From Kondoa subrosea (lineage: Eukaryota): a stretch of 64,000 nt of DNA. Below the pieces are notes generated by a model. The model did not search any database. It was given only the letters and a program-made list of their open reading frames with translations, and was not told where the DNA came from. Below are positions 49,810 to 63,869 of the stretch, piece by piece. The stretch lies in NCBI GenBank assembly GCA_039545335.1, contig BCIN01000004.1, positions 734,925-798,924 of the forward strand, given 5' to 3'. A program made the position numbers and the translations under genes. Position 1 is the first letter of the stretch. Every line of letters begins with the position of its first letter.

Positions 49810-52800
49810 TTATACATTTGCAAAGAGCGGTCTTTGAGGTGGATATCTCGATGTCGGTGAAGTAGGCGAAAGAGTGTAATCACTTCTCGGCGAATTGATG
49901 GTAAAGATAGTTGAAGGGCGGTGAGGTCTTGAAGGCGGACTTACGACAGCTGAGCGATAATCGGATCTGATAGTCGTAACAGGAGAGCGAGGAAGATCAT
50001 CTACTTCTGTTTGGGAAGAGGGTATAGGTTGAAGCTTGTAGAAAGGATTGTTTGATTGGGCTGAGTGCTGACTGCCACTACTATTCGAGCGTTGAACATT
50101 ACTGTAGAAGAAAGGGTTCTTTGAAGATGTTGAAGAGGAAGTGTGCTGCGGAATTAGAGGTGCTTGCAACAGGCGAGGTACCGGAGAAGCTGATCTTGAA
50201 GTATTCTGAGAGTGAGAAGGATTTGGTGTCATGCTATCCGGAGAAGGAGTCGGCGCATGGGATGAAGGCACGCGATAGACATGAGTGTTCTCGGTAACAA
50301 TTGGCCCGTGAACGATGCGAGTTGGTCCAGAGATGGATTGAATGAAATCTCGATCAGCCTTGCTTTCGCCAGGCGAAGTGAAGGATTCCATAGAACGCCT
50401 TCGAGCTGGTGTTCGATGCAAAACATTGCGAGCGCTAAGCTTCATTGATCTGAAGGTGATTCCTTTCGGCCCTTGCTCACTATCAAGAAAAACGTTAGGG
50501 AGATTCCTGAAAAGAGGTGAAAACACTTACAGCCCTTTCTGATCCTGAAATTTTTGCGTTTTCAAGAGTCTTCCTTTTCGCATACACCTTCGGACAAAGA
50601 AAGCCAAGAGTAGAAGTAGAAATAAGAGACCGATAGAGGCGCCGACTATTGCTCCAATATTGAGGGGTTTCTTGTCAGTAGATTTGGTTGCGGTTGAGCT
50701 TGTTTCTTCCGGTTTGGTAGTAACCAATGCTTCCAAGCAGACACCAAATCCAGGAACGACCGAAGTCTCGCCTAAACAAGAGGCTAGTCCGCATGATCCA
50801 TCTTTCAAAGTGTGCTGAGAATCACAAGACAGGCAATTGTCATTGCTTGAGCTCCAGCATGTTTCGCAAGAGGAGTCGCACGATTTGCAGCTTGACGATT
50901 GTTGATCGAAGTATTCATTTTTTGAGCAGGTTTGTAGACAGGAGCCAGAAGAAGAGAGGATAGGTCGATCAGAAGGGCAGGTTGTGCAATGGTCAGAAGA
51001 TCCAGAGCAGCTTGAACAGTCTGCAGAGCATGATAGACAAGAGCTCGAGGTGCTGTCGAAGTATGTTCCGCTCGGACAGGAAGAGGCGACCACACATTTC
51101 GAGTTGATCATGAGACTTCCGCTTGCGCAGGAAGTGCAATTATCTGACGATCCGCTGCACGAGGAACACGATGAGTTGCAGTCTGAATAAGAAATCAGTC
51201 AAGCCGAAAGTTTTAATCCACGAGTACTCACTTTGACACTTGGCAGTGGAATCGGAAGCAACGTTGCCAAATTGACCACTCGGACATGCATCAACGCAGG
51301 TTCCGTTAAGAGATAAGAAAGAGCCAGCAAGACAGGCAGTGCATTGGATGTCGGAGCGAGAAGAAGTGACTGAGAAGTTTGGAATGCGGGCTGCAGTACA
51401 TTTGGCGGGAGCGGCTGCGAAGTATATGAGCATACTGATAGGCACATTGTCAAATTGTACTCACAATCACACTCAATCTTGTTATTGTCAAGGATGAAGA
51501 CAGCGTTCGATCCAGTCTGGGTAACACCAGTCGAAGACGCCTTGTCGCATATACCAGTACTCCTGTGAATCTGTCAGACTAGAAGACGAGGGCAAATGTG
51601 CTAAATGTACCGATCGACATCAACGCATTGGCCGGCCATCAGCACTCTAGGACTATTGCATTGGATGCAGCTGTCTGCACCATCCGCGTAGCAAGTTTTA
51701 CAGACCCCATTACAAGCTGCGCATGTGCCATTGTTGTTGAAGGAGCCATCAGGACATGTCGAGAATTGCGAGGTAGATCCATTTTGCAGAAATGGTGATG
51801 CTTCGCAATCCGTAGGACTGCTGGGCGAGATAGCCATGCCTGGAGCACATGTCAAGCATCGATCTGCAGTACAAGAGGAGCAGCCAGGTTGACAAGCTGG
51901 TCAGCGGATTAGTCAGTCATTATTCATCCTTCCAAGAGCACCTTGACTAACCCAAACAGTCTCCAGAAGTCGACATAGCAAATCCAGCAGCGCATATTGA
52001 GCATCTTTGACCATTGTTTGAAGCATCTGCCCAACCAGCATTACAAGCGCAAGTCGAAGAATTAGCACAAACACCATTCAAGCAATTGCAAGTTTCTTGG
52101 CAAACAATCAGTAAGGTAAGCAATACGAGGGAGGCAATGAAGGACTCACGGGCTGCTGTAGTGATATTCTGAGCCGGCGCAACGCAAAGTCCAGTACCCG
52201 TTATCCCTTGAGAACAGGTTTCTCCGTTCGAGCAATTGCACGGGGAGCAATTCGGACCAAAGAAACCAGATGAACATTGATCTGGTGACAGAATTATATC
52301 GCAATACGATGTACAAGGCAAAAGACATACTGCAAGTATTGCCAGTAAAACCGGGCGAGCAGGAACAAGTTCCGTTGTTGGTACAATATCCAGCTGAAGA
52401 GCAAGGAGTTTGACAAGAAGTGGATTGCACATCGATGAGAGTGACTTGATCCGTTTTGCCAACACTCCAGTGACTTGAATCTGCCACTCCGTCATAGACA
52501 ACAACTCTTCTGACTGAGCCTGAAGCTTGAGTGATGTTGAGAACAGCGAATTGATTGTCGGCCATAAGGAGAGAAGAGAAGGCTAGATTTGCAGGAGCGG
52601 AAGAAGAAGTGTTTGTGGTGATTAACCTAGGAGAGCCGTTGTATAGAGGTGTAGGATAGAGTAAAAGCTGGGTATCAGGTGATAGCGCTACTGTGATACC
52701 ACTCGTCGATGCTGAAGAAGTGAATCCAGAGAAGGCTTCAGGTTGAGATGCCAGCAGAGGTGCCAGAAGTGATGTTGCATTGGTAGTATTGCCATTGAGT

Positions 52801-53070
52801 TGAGGTGTGCTTGCTGAGTATGTGCCAGGTAGAAGTACCACGGTTGAAATGCTGGAGTTGACTGCTGGGGTACCAGCGAGACTTATTCCAGCTGAATGGA
52901 GGATTAGTTTTTCGACTCTTTACCCTTCCCTTTTCAGACTTACCACCTATAGAGCTGTTTCCTATTAGACATCCATCGGAAGAGCAGACTGCATCAACGA
53001 TGCTAGGCTGTTGAGCAATCGCGGAGCGCAATAGTAATGCACTGAAAACAAGTTGAACGAAGAAAGGCAT
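49810..53070 (-). CDS. Cysteine-rich (EGF/furin-like repeat) type I membrane protein, multi-exon
   Basis: Signal peptide; EGF-like CSSAGYCTNNGTCSCSPGFTG; furin-like repeats CPSGTYFD..CLSCSADCSSCSG; TM IGAIVGASIGLLFLLLLLAFFVRR; S/P-rich cytoplasmic tail. Confidence 0.85.
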
Positions 53071-53726
53071 GCTTCGCGTATGGTTGAAACAGATGAAAAG
53101 AGAGAGTTAGAATCAGCAAGATGCCCCTGCGCTGACAGACAAAAGGATTTGTCAGCGCGTATAATAGGACACAGCGAAAAATCAGAGACAATAGGCCAAA
53201 GCGAGAGAAGTATTAGAGAGACTAATCAGAGCATAGTATACAGTGTATAGCGCAATGTCCATGCAGTAGAGCTTGAGAAAGGCACCGAAATCGTCAAAAG
53301 GCGATAAGAGGGATTTTGCGATGATAGTCTTCAATTTACAGCGAATCGACTGAATGGAATCCGTGTAACTGCGCCTCAGCTGGATGTCTTAGTGTTCGTG
53401 CGACCTGCAAAGGCAATCGCTTGCAAAGAAGCAATCAGACCTCCGAGAAAGATGGCAATCGAGAAGAACAATCAAATGTCGTCTCTATTGACAGCAGCTC
53501 CTGCTGCACGTCTGCTTTGCGAATCCAGACCCCTTGTCTGAGTCCGCACTAACTGTTCAGTGTACCTCCTTTCTTACATGTCTCTCTGTCCGACCAACCA
53601 TTATAAGTTGAAACTTGCGTCGCAATGTTGCGTCGCTTTCCCCCTGTGTGTCGCGCTCTTGGCCACCAGTCCTGGATTGCTATATAAGAACATCTCGCTC
53701 TCTTCTCTTTCCTTTCTCATTCTGTT

Positions 53727-53775
53727 CATTCATCAGTCTCACCAGTCTCATTCATCAGTCTCATCAGTCTCATTC
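53727..53775 (+). repeat. Short imperfect CA(T/C)CAGTCT repeats in a probable 5' UTR
   Basis: Four CAGTCTCA units lie between the TATATAA near 53681 and the ATG at 53780. Confidence 0.6.
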
Positions 53776-53779
53776 CATC

Positions 53780-54634
53780 ATGCCATTCACATTCTCTGCA
53801 TCCAAGATACCATCTCCTTCACCCAAGGTCCACACAATTGCCTTTGCTGGTCTCTTCAGTGTTATCGCAGTCCTAGCTTTAGCGGGTCCGTGTTTGCAGA
53901 CGATCCTGGCGAAAGAAATGCTCAGATGCTTATACAGAACTCGGTCTATCGGCCTGGAACCTTCATCTATACCTTACGGGTCAACATGAATATGGTAAGC
54001 ACTTCTGATTTCTCGCCCTTGCATTGCGCTGAAACGATATACGGTATAGCTGCTTCTTATTACTTGCAGTATTATTTGATGGGCATGGTCTTCGTTTCAA
54101 CATGGACAGCTCTCTTTGCTGTACTGCACTTCCTTTCCAGTATGATGATAGGTGTTGCCATGACAGCCAGTATGTAATTTGCGCATTGTATTCCCTTCCA
54201 TCGCTGATTGGATCCGTTCTTACAGTTACCTGGAGTGCGTTATCTTCTTCGCTAGCCTTTCACCTCATCTGACGCCTTTTTATAGTCCAATGGCTTGTGG
54301 TAGCTATTCTTTACCAGGAATATCGCAATCGCCTAGAAGCGACACGGCGGTATCGTTGCAAAGTCTCCTTGGACATTTCTGGCTGCGATCAAGTAAGTTC
54401 ATAAATCATCATGCCTAGGAAAAATCTAATCAGATCCTGGAAACAGCTCAACGCAATCAGCGCAATCGCTTGGCTAGAGCTTGCTCTACTCTTTATCCTA
54501 TTCTTCTGCACCGGAATGTCACTTTACAAGGGAGCACAGGCTTCTGTGCGTCGTGGATGTGAGATGCTTTGGTTCCAGCTTCGAATATCTGCTGATCAGA
54601 CTTCATAGACTATATTCGTCAAGAAAAGGTCTGA
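53780..54634 (+). CDS. Small multi-TM membrane protein, MARVEL-like, multi-exon
   Basis: Hydrophobic exons AFAGLFSVIAVLAL, YLMGMVFVSTWTALFAVLHF, YLECVIFF and QLNAISAIAWLELALLFILFF. The last exon reads YYIRQEKV*. Confidence 0.65.
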
Positions 54635-55367
54635 AGTAGAAATAGAAGTAGAAGTCAAGAGCTGGTCTTTTGACATGAATTATGCTTGATGCAATCCCGA
54701 CATACATCTGACATTTCTACAACCCACCTACTACTCTTCTCTCCTGCTACTACTCTTTTTCGCTGCTTTGGCTTGACACATGGCTCATTGTTCTTTCAGA
54801 ATTGTGCCGCTAATGTTGTTTCTCCCCCTGTGCTTTGTCGGTCTGTGCCAACAATGAAGCTTGGCCGCCGAGCATCATAAGATCGGGCTGCTTTGTCTCT
54901 CTTCCCTTTTGTAAAATATCAAAGAGTCCTGCTTTTCCCCAATCATCTCTCTAAAGATGAGCTCGAGTGTCTTCGGAAATTCCCGCGCTGGCTCCTCCTC
55001 CTTCATCTACAAGGCGCACGTACTCAGGTAATGCTGGTAGCTATGAGTATCCAATATCCGTTGTGGCAATCAAAGAAAGGGCTGACTTTAGTCTGCAACG
55101 TATGAACTGCTTCCAGTGCTCATGTATGCTCTATCTTCAGATTGCTTGAAGTTCATGCCGGAAGAAAGGGCTGAATCACCATAGTTACATCGCTGCCTGC
55201 GTGCAGATACATGACGTATGTCTGAGAAATGTTTACTGCCTCATGCAAAGAGATAGTCCAGAAAGGATTTGACATGCACGAATACCATTGCAAAGAACCT
55301 TCATTTATACTAAATGCACTGCCGCTAAGAAATACAATGAACGAAAAAGCGTTTACTATCCCTGATT

Positions 55368-58300
55368 TTAGATTCTGATCACTTTCGCTCTCGGAACACC
55401 ACATGCTCGTGTGAAATCCAACCTGTTGAGAGGCGAAGCCACTACTTGTCTTTTGTTAGAGCTTAGAATAGGTGCAACTTCGTTTTCAGAGTTGAGTAAA
55501 GCGCGATGGTCTTCAGCAAAGATCGAATCTTCTCTTGCATGACAAAGGTTGGCAGCCGCGCTAGCCATACCTGCTGCGCCAGCACTAGCAGGCACGGCAG
55601 CGAAGGTAGAGGTTATCAGGGAGCTGATGCCTTGCAAACTCATGCGTGACAGCTTGCTTTGGGGCGAAATGTTCGTAGCGCTTGAAGTTGATGAGCTCAG
55701 AGCTGCAGATACACGAGCTGATCTTGAAGGAGGAGGTCCGCTGAGCTGGAATGATGTTCGAACAGGTGAGATGGAAGAGCGAGGGGAAGAAGGTCGACGG
55801 GAATGCAGCGAATCGAAGCTTCGTCTTGCTTCATCTTCGTCCACTACCAGATCGGAAGCGAAGAAAGGAGGCATCTCGAGTGCCAAAGGTGTGAGCGGTA
55901 AGGCAGGTAGACTTTGTGCAGAGGAAACTATTTTCACAGATTAGCTGGATTCCTCTAAGCGACTGATCAGACTTACGCGAGAAGAAGCAATGATCATCAG
56001 GAATGACGATATGTAAAGGTTCCACGACTGGTCCTTTGGGGAAAGTCCATTGCTTGATGAAGGAATCCGATCTTCGATGCATTGAAGCTGGATCCGGTGA
56101 ATCGCGAATAGGTGTTTTGGGCATCGTCTCATCCACACTGGATTGAGTTGATTGTTTAGCGCGAGCAACAGAAGGATCAGTTTCGGTATCTTGGAAGTCG
56201 AGCTCTGGAACTGCATCTTCTTCTTCAGCGTCAGTCCAAGCGCCAGAGTCACCTTCAGCCACAACTTCGGCAACTTCTTGAGTCTCTTCCTCTTCTTCCT
56301 CGTCTTCTTCAGCAAGAGTATGCAGACCACCAAGAGTAGGAGCAGCCAATCCAGGTGAGTTCAGATCAGTGCAAGACATGGAACCGAAGGAGGATGCGCC
56401 ATAGATGCTGTTGCTGGATTCAGAAGTAGAGAAGGAAGTATCGTCTGTCATTTCCGTCATATTGCCAAAGCTGTTGAAAGAGGAATTGAATGATCTTCCA
56501 ATGGACGATGTAGAAGATTCAGAAAGGTTGTGAGATCGATCTGTACCAGGATGATGTTGCTGAACTCGGGTGACTTCCATTTCTTGCAACAACGCTTTCG
56601 TGGCACGATGTTCTCTTTGTTCGCGTTCAAGAGCACCAGCAAGTGAGAAGATTTGATCCCTCATTTCGCCAATGAGTTTCGCTTGAGCGGAGGCCAAAGC
56701 AGCATCTTCATTGCTGTTGGCGGTAGAAGAAGATCCAGCACCGGCAGCCAATCGATCACCCAATTTCCTGAGTTTCTCTCTTGTAAGCAGACCATCTCTT
56801 CGTTCATCTTCAAACTTGGTTCGTTCACTTTGAACAGCCTTTTCCAAATCCGAGCATCGCTGTCGCCAACCATCTACATCTCCTTGCATTTCGTCCCTTT
56901 CAGCAACAGCATCATTGAGAACTTCTTTCAATTCCTCCAATTCAGATGTAACAGTCATCAAATCGCTCTTCATTGCATCCAATTCAGCAACTTTTGCTTG
57001 AACCGAATTCTCCAATTCAAAGACTCGCATATGAAGCGCTCGAGTTTCTTCAACCGTTTTTGATTGCAAATCGGTGAAATCTCGATCGGATTCAGCTTGA
57101 CGAACAGCTAATTCAGCTCGAGCTGCAGAAAGTTCTTCTTGCAACCGAGTCGTATCCGCTTGCAATGTATCAATTTGAGCTTGCAGAGAGCGTTCTTTTT
57201 CATCATTCTGTGCAACCAAAAAGTCTATTAGCACAAAAAGAAGTATATGCATCAGATGCATTGACTGACCACTGAAACAGTTTCGGTCAAATCTTCTTCC
57301 ATGACCAAACTACCAAAGCCAGCAGCCGAGTCCAAATCGTTGAACGAATAACCTTGCTGAGGTTGACTTAAGCCATTCAATCCTTTATAGCTAATCGAAG
57401 TAGATAAACTTGGTTTTCTCGTTGCAGCAGAGGAAGTCATGAAAGAAGAAGATCGTCGGTTTAGGTTATTTGATGAAGAAACACTGTTGGAACTAATTGA
57501 TCGAACAATTCCGCTTGGTGAGCCAGCTGAAGTAGTAGAAGCGCGTCTGATAGGTGAAGTGGTGCTTGACATGGATAGATTGGAGTTGGTTTCAGAGGAA
57601 GGAGTAGAGGCGCCTAGAGTCAACGATCGAAGACAAGATTGTCTTCGTTGTTGTTTCAAAGCTTTGCTGGCTTCTGAGTTGGCTGCACCAGATTTGAGAG
57701 AAAGAGATAGACTGAGCGGTCTTTGAGCGAAACCGGTCGGCGTGACAGAATCTGAAGAAGAAGCGGAAGGAGCGACGAAATTGCTTGATCTAGCAGCAGG
57801 AGGGATAAAGAGAGAAGTAGGTCGTGTTCTTCGGGTAGGTGAAACAGTAGGTGAAGGCAGATCTCTGAGCTGATCATCTTCTTCTTCCTCATCTTCTTCC
57901 TCTTCAACCAACATGCCTAAACATTCGGCTCCTTTTCCACCTTGCAAAGCCATTGCGCTTGCTGCATTGCCCCACGAAGCTCTTTTGTTGGCCAACGACG
58001 TGACTTGAGGTGCAGCTGCAGCAGATTCTTCCGCTACTAAAGGTAAACCCAATTCCTTGTTGACTTCATCACCTCTCGGTGTTCGACCTTCCAAAGCAGA
58101 CAAAGCGCTTTCCCTTTCATTTTCTGTGACCTCCTCTGATTGAGGTACATGAGGTGATCTTGGACTTGCAGGGTATGGGAAAGTAGGACTAGCTCCGCCT
58201 GCACCTTTGAGGAAATCAGGTGACCCATGTGCTGCTAAGTAAGCTGGGTTGGAAGATTGAATAGAACCGGAAGCGATCAGACCAGACATGATGTCCATTG

Positions 58301-59077
58301 ATTCTCTTCGAGTGGAAACGGAAACTTGTCTGGAATGCTTTGAAGATCGTCGAGCATGTCTGTTGACATTCGCATTGCCTGAGTTGGATGCAGTCGATGC
58401 ATCTTTAACCATGGCAACAGATGTTGGGCCTTCAATCACAATTGGACCGGGCGCTAGTTGTAAAGAAGAGCGTCGAACCATGTTGGCTGAAGCAGAAGCT
58501 ACAGGAGGTGGAAAAGAAGCAATGTTGAGACCCTGAGGCATAGATTGCCGACGAGCGAACATTGAAGAATGCGAAGGGGAAGAAACCATTGGAGCTGAAG
58601 TAGGACCGTTTGGGGATTTAGGGAAAGACCAAGAACCCATTGGTTCCATTGGTGCACTTGTTGGTCCAGAGACGAGCGTCTTCATAGCTTGAGGAGAAAG
58701 AATGCTATCGGTCCTAGAGTGCCTTGACCTCCTCTTATTATGTGTCATCATTTGAGCAGATGTGGAAGCGACAGGTGCAGTAGGAATAGCAATGATAGAA
58801 GCTCTAGAAGCTGTTCGCTTGTGAGCGTGTTGCTTGCTAAAGGAAGCCCTCTTGCAAGGTGAAACTGGTGGAGTGCTTGTCTTTTCGCTAATAATTGACG
58901 CTCGCCTGGAGATTGAAGCAGACCTTGAAGCGACGCTGCCATGCTTCTTTGCTCGAAAAGACTTGAGCTAGGATCTCTTGGTCAGAATGCAACTTCTTAG
59001 TGAGCCAACAAAACATCAGGTCGCACCTTTTGCCTTGCGCTCTTTAAAGCGGCATCTCTGTCTGAAGCAGTAGACAT
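55368..59077 (-). CDS. Large hypothetical protein: Ser-rich disordered regions and central coiled coil
   Basis: Consecutive long same-strand ORFs 57252-58751, 55831-57261 and 55368-55937 joined by short introns. Heptad-rich segment LQAQIDTLQADTTRLQEELSAARAEL. Confidence 0.75.
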
Positions 59078-59986
59078 TGTAATAGTGTGTTATAAATCAA
59101 GAGGATAGAAGAAGGGCGTCTGCTAAAGTGAAATCCGAAAGAAAAGGCCTGCTTCTCTTGAAATTAAACGCGCTGATGTTCGTTGCAAAAGTGTAAAGGT
59201 TGCGTGTAGGCCGTGAGTTGTGTGTGTATAAAGGAACGTGCAGTCAAGAGTAACCAAGTGGTGCTCTAGGAGGAAAGGAGAGGGCGAGGGCAGGTTTAGA
59301 ATCCGCTTGGACCTGTTCTGAGTTTGGAAATCGAAGCGTGAGTCGACCAGCGAACTGAGGGAGAGCGTGCAAGTGTGAGAGGAGAGTGAGAACTGATGCG
59401 TGCGAAAAGGTATATCGAGACCCAGACCAGATGAGAACGACCGTTTGGGAACAGTTGCCCAAATTCGCGTCTTGGACGATTTTTGGTTGAAATGGCAAAA
59501 ATCGCGCCGGAAAAGGCGATTTGTTGATCGCTTGTGTAATATGACGAGCAAGTCTCTCTGACTGCTGTCTGATCTCCTGACAGATGCTATCCTACGTATG
59601 TCGTCCTTTCAAGCTGTTCTAAGAAGACTCAAAGCACATTTACGCCATCTCGATGAATTATGAATTTGCTTTCAAAGTCCTGTCACGAGTCTTTACACCT
59701 GACAGACTCACTGTACTCAGTGTACTGCTAATGCGCTTCTTATTTCATCCTCATCTTGTTCTACTCACGTGTTCTTTCATAGGTGACACCAAGTTTCGCG
59801 TAATGTCTCTGAACTTCAGCCATCTTTTATCTATTGATCGCACTGATCTAGCAGATCAGGACAGGCGATGTATTGTTGCAGAACCATGCATGTATTTACA
59901 TATCTATATTCTTGAAACGAAATTCGTTACATCGCTACTTTGTGCGGGGCTAAACATCAGTGTCCGTCTTGCTCTGTTCTCTTTAT

Positions 59987-62461
59987 CTATAGCAACATCG
60001 CCGACACAGCTACCAAGACCATTGCGAACGATACAGACAAAGTAGTTGCGCTTGATTTCTTGCTTGCTTCTTTTGCATCAGCTTGAGCCGCACTCGATTC
60101 ATCCCAGCAGTAGGTATTGAAACAGCTTTGGCACTATCAATCAACAAGATTCAGCATACGTCTGGAAAGCGATATGGAAAGAACTGACAGTAGATGATCT
60201 CGCTACTCCAGCTCTTTCTCTTGCTCGATCCATGACCTAAAGAAAGATAATATCAGTCTTGGTTTCTTCCAGGCGGACGAAGAATCAAACTCACAACACA
60301 AGCTAAACAATCTGGCCAATTCGAGTCTTTCGTTCCAGCCGCAGCATCATTTGCTACTTTACCCTTGAACGCATTTCGTTGAGCTTGATCCAAGAATGAG
60401 GCAGCTTCTTCAACCGAGTATTCTAGTTGAAAAGTTGATGTGTTTGTACTTGGGTCAACACCTGGCAGAGGTGAATTTGGCAAGTAGATGACCAGAGGGT
60501 ATTCGCTTGAGGCATTAGAATTACAGCCGAAAACCGTTGGACGAGTGTTGAGACCTTGATCGACGAAAGTCTGCTGAAGCGGTACAGGAGGGAAAGAAAC
60601 ACTGGTCCTCAAGTCAGGTAATTGAGTTCGGTTGTAAGTATTGACCAAAGAGGTTCCTACCAGACCCGGATCAGCTCATGCCAGTCAACGGATACCAGCA
60701 CAAACCGTTTGGCCAATGGTTATCAGTATCGGCACTGGCATCCAAGGCAATAACAACATCGACTCCTCGAGCTCGAGCCAACAAAGGCTGGAAAGGCACG
60801 TTCTCTCCGTTTTCTCCTCCGTCGACCAGTTCCCTACGAATGGAATGGCTTAGTACGATTGTGAACAATGCGAGTCATAGACTTACAATTGGGGCGAATC
60901 GGCACGAGCGAATTTAGCAGGGTTGATACCTTGGAAAGGATTTGGGTCTGTATATCGACGGATCAGCATACGTGCGCAATTCAGTCAGATGAGTCCATAC
61001 AGTTCGCTACCGAATCATCAGACTGTTGCAAGCTCATGTCTAATCTGTTCAGAATTGCTTGAATCGCAGCTGAAAAAGCGCCATCGACTTGACCGCCAAC
61101 ACCATTCAGAGCAGCATTGAACAAGCTTGAAGAAGTGCCGACAAGGAAACCCTGGATAATAGGTCAGCTTACCGACACTCACGATCTTAAGAGCCAGCTT
61201 ACAAAGTTGTCGAAGCCTACGACGCAGGTAGACCCATTCACTGGTTTGCCTGAATCTAATTCTGTTCCAAGGTAGGTAAGGTTGACAAAAGCAGAGAGGA
61301 AGTTATCGTAAGAGCCAAATTCCTACTCAATCCCAATTGGATGCTTTAGTTAATTTCACAACAAGGAAGCAGCAGAGACGAACATATGGATTGAACTCAA
61401 AGACAGTCTGATTCAGTAAGACCAGATTACTCGAAAGGGGGTTTCCTTGAATACTTTGATTGTCTAAGACGGAATCGGCGACAATGATAGGGAAAGGCAT
61501 GTTGTGATTGATGAAATTGGATTGAGCAGTGATGTTCCCCCAAAGAAGATTTGCGTTATTGGCGCTCGCAGATTGACGTTGGAAAAAAGCATCTTCACCT
61601 CCAGCGGTTTCTGTTCCAAAGTGATACGAAAGAGCTCGTCCCCAAATATCGGTTATACTGACGTTGAAGCCAGCTGCTTCTTTTAGATCTACATCTGCTT
61701 GAATGTTGTCATCTAACAGAAAATTTCAGCTCAAGTACAGTTTACGCCTTGAATAAGCACTTACAGAAATCATTGTTGTCAAAAACAGATAGTACTCCGC
61801 CCGGTACTAGCAAGTTATACTGCAATTGCCAGCCAGGGTCCGAGGAATCGCCCAGTACAAGATCCGTCAAGGTAGGCATATTGTGGATTGCCCAGGAGGA
61901 GACCATCCATGAGCCTCCAGAGAGACCAGAAAGGTAAGTCGTCAATTGTAAGAGACCACCTGTTCCTGCTGATACTGATGTAGAATTTCTCGAGTCGAAT
62001 CCTGATAACGACCCAGCAGAGTACAGGGCTGCTCTGTAACCACCTCCTGAGGCCTGTTTGAAAATGAAGATGAGATCTTGATGAGGCTGAATGGAGAACG
62101 ATACGTACAGCCATAGCCAGTGTCGGCCAAGAAGTAGCATTCGGGAAAGAACTTGAGCTGTAACCAGTATTCCGCTTAGATAGGTATTCAGCCCAAAGAG
62201 GTTCTGTTACTGATTTCCTTCCTTGAATATAGGATTGTTCCCTGCGCATGAGTACATATGAGCGTGATAGGACGAAATTTCCAAGGCAATGACTGACGCT
62301 GACGAAAGTGTTTGATTCGATTGTGGTACTGTTCCTGCTAGTCGAAGTAGTGATTCGTTTGACGGACAGGTGACATAGCTTGGAGCATAAGAATTGGATG
62401 GTGCTTGAGCTTGAACAAGAGCAGTGGCAGAAGCCAAGACGAGGAGAAGAGGGGAAATCAT
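59987..62461 (-). CDS. PLB1: Lysophospholipase / phospholipase B, secreted, probably GPI-anchored, multi-exon
   Basis: Signal peptide; YAPSYVTCP, SGGGYRA, GLSGGSW, LVDGGENGENVPFQPLL, WPNG and PTVFGC; hydrophobic C-terminus SFAMVLVAVSAMLL*. Confidence 0.93.
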
Positions 62462-63046
62462 AGGGATGGGATTGAACAGAGAAGAGATGCAGAAGTGTGC
62501 AGTAGACCGAGAGGATAGCGCAACCCTTAGTAACAGCGAAACTCCGAGAACCGATCTTCTGAAGTTTAGAAGGCAGTGCCGTCAAGCGAGGCGATAGGTT
62601 GAAGTGGCTGTAGCTTGGCCGACGTAGACCGAGTACCAAGACTTGCTCAAGAAGCGATGGCGGATGACAGGCAACAATGCATGAAAAAAAAACAAGCAGA
62701 TCTTTATGCAGGAACGGCCGCCATACAAAATGGAGGCGTCAATGAGTAATCCAGCCGCCGGTCCCATCCTCTTGGCGATCTAGCAGTACATGTATCGCTG
62801 CGAGTCCATTACAATACTCAACTTCAGCAGGCAGATCAATCTCGGTATTACGTAATCGGCTCTGCTAAGGCTTGCTGAGGATTTGTCGATGGGAGCTCGA
62901 TGACTGACTGCATCAACTGACTGCATCTTTTTGACTACTCCGATACTGCTACAAAGATTAGTTTCATGCAATCGCAATGTTTAGCTATATACTTTTTCTT
63001 CCAAATCGGCTTATGCAACACGCTCATGTTTCCTCTTCTGTGCTTC

Positions 63047-63869
63047 TTAAACTCGCTTCTGAATCTCTACTACTCCTTGAAACTCTTCTTCGTTCGAGTA
63101 ATACACTTCTTCCGGGTAAAGCGTTTGCTCCAAAACACCATAATGATGAGGGTTGGATTGACAAGCTTGAGATTGCTGGTAAAGGTACATTGGATGACCT
63201 TGATACGATTGATAGGTATGAGGAGGGATGAAGGCTGATCTCTGTTCCACAGGTGAAACGGAAGCCGAACTTTGGTGATTTGGTAAAGAAGGTGCAAACC
63301 ATCCATCGTTCGAAGAGCTGTTGTATGAACTTTGATTAGAGATAGCTGGAGAAGGTTGAGAAAAGGGAAGAGGTTCAAGATGGATCTGCTGCGGTGCTGC
63401 TACGAAATCTGGTCGGCCCCCATTCTTTTCAGCAAGAAGACTTCGCAAATAGTGGTTCTCGCTGTAGGTACCTGAGCAAAGCTAGAGTGAAGATCAAAGG
63501 CCTGGACAAACCTTTCAAGCTGTTGATTGATCGATTGCAAGTCTGCTACGGTCTGTTGACTTTTCTGGTAGTCTTTTCTCAACTTTGCTAGGTCTTGGTT
63601 CTTTTCAATCCTACGTTGCTTCTGTGATTGTTTGGCTCGGTCTAATCGAATGCTCTGCGACACGTGGGCTATCAGATCTACAGGGCAGAGTTTGCAGACC
63701 TGTGTGCTGACTTCTCTCATTTCCGCTTCTACTAGACTTTTGACTGTGGTAGGGGACCATTAGCTATGTCTATGAGGCTCAGATAAGGGAACTTACTTGT
63801 ACGTGGAGGCCCGACAGCAGGCACAAGGATCGCACCCGAACGAAGCGCTAGGGGACCGCTATCGTACAT
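63047..63869 (-). CDS. bZIP-like transcription factor (divergent), multi-exon
   Basis: Basic segment RAKQSQKQRRIEK, then a zipper-like LAKLRKDYQKSQQTVADLQSINQQLE...ENHYLRSLL, then an S/Q/Y-rich tail. Confidence 0.5.

Noticed and set aside
62966..63238. Plus-strand ORFs at 62966 and 62977
   Set aside because: They are antisense to the better-supported bZIP-like gene and have non-coding-like composition.
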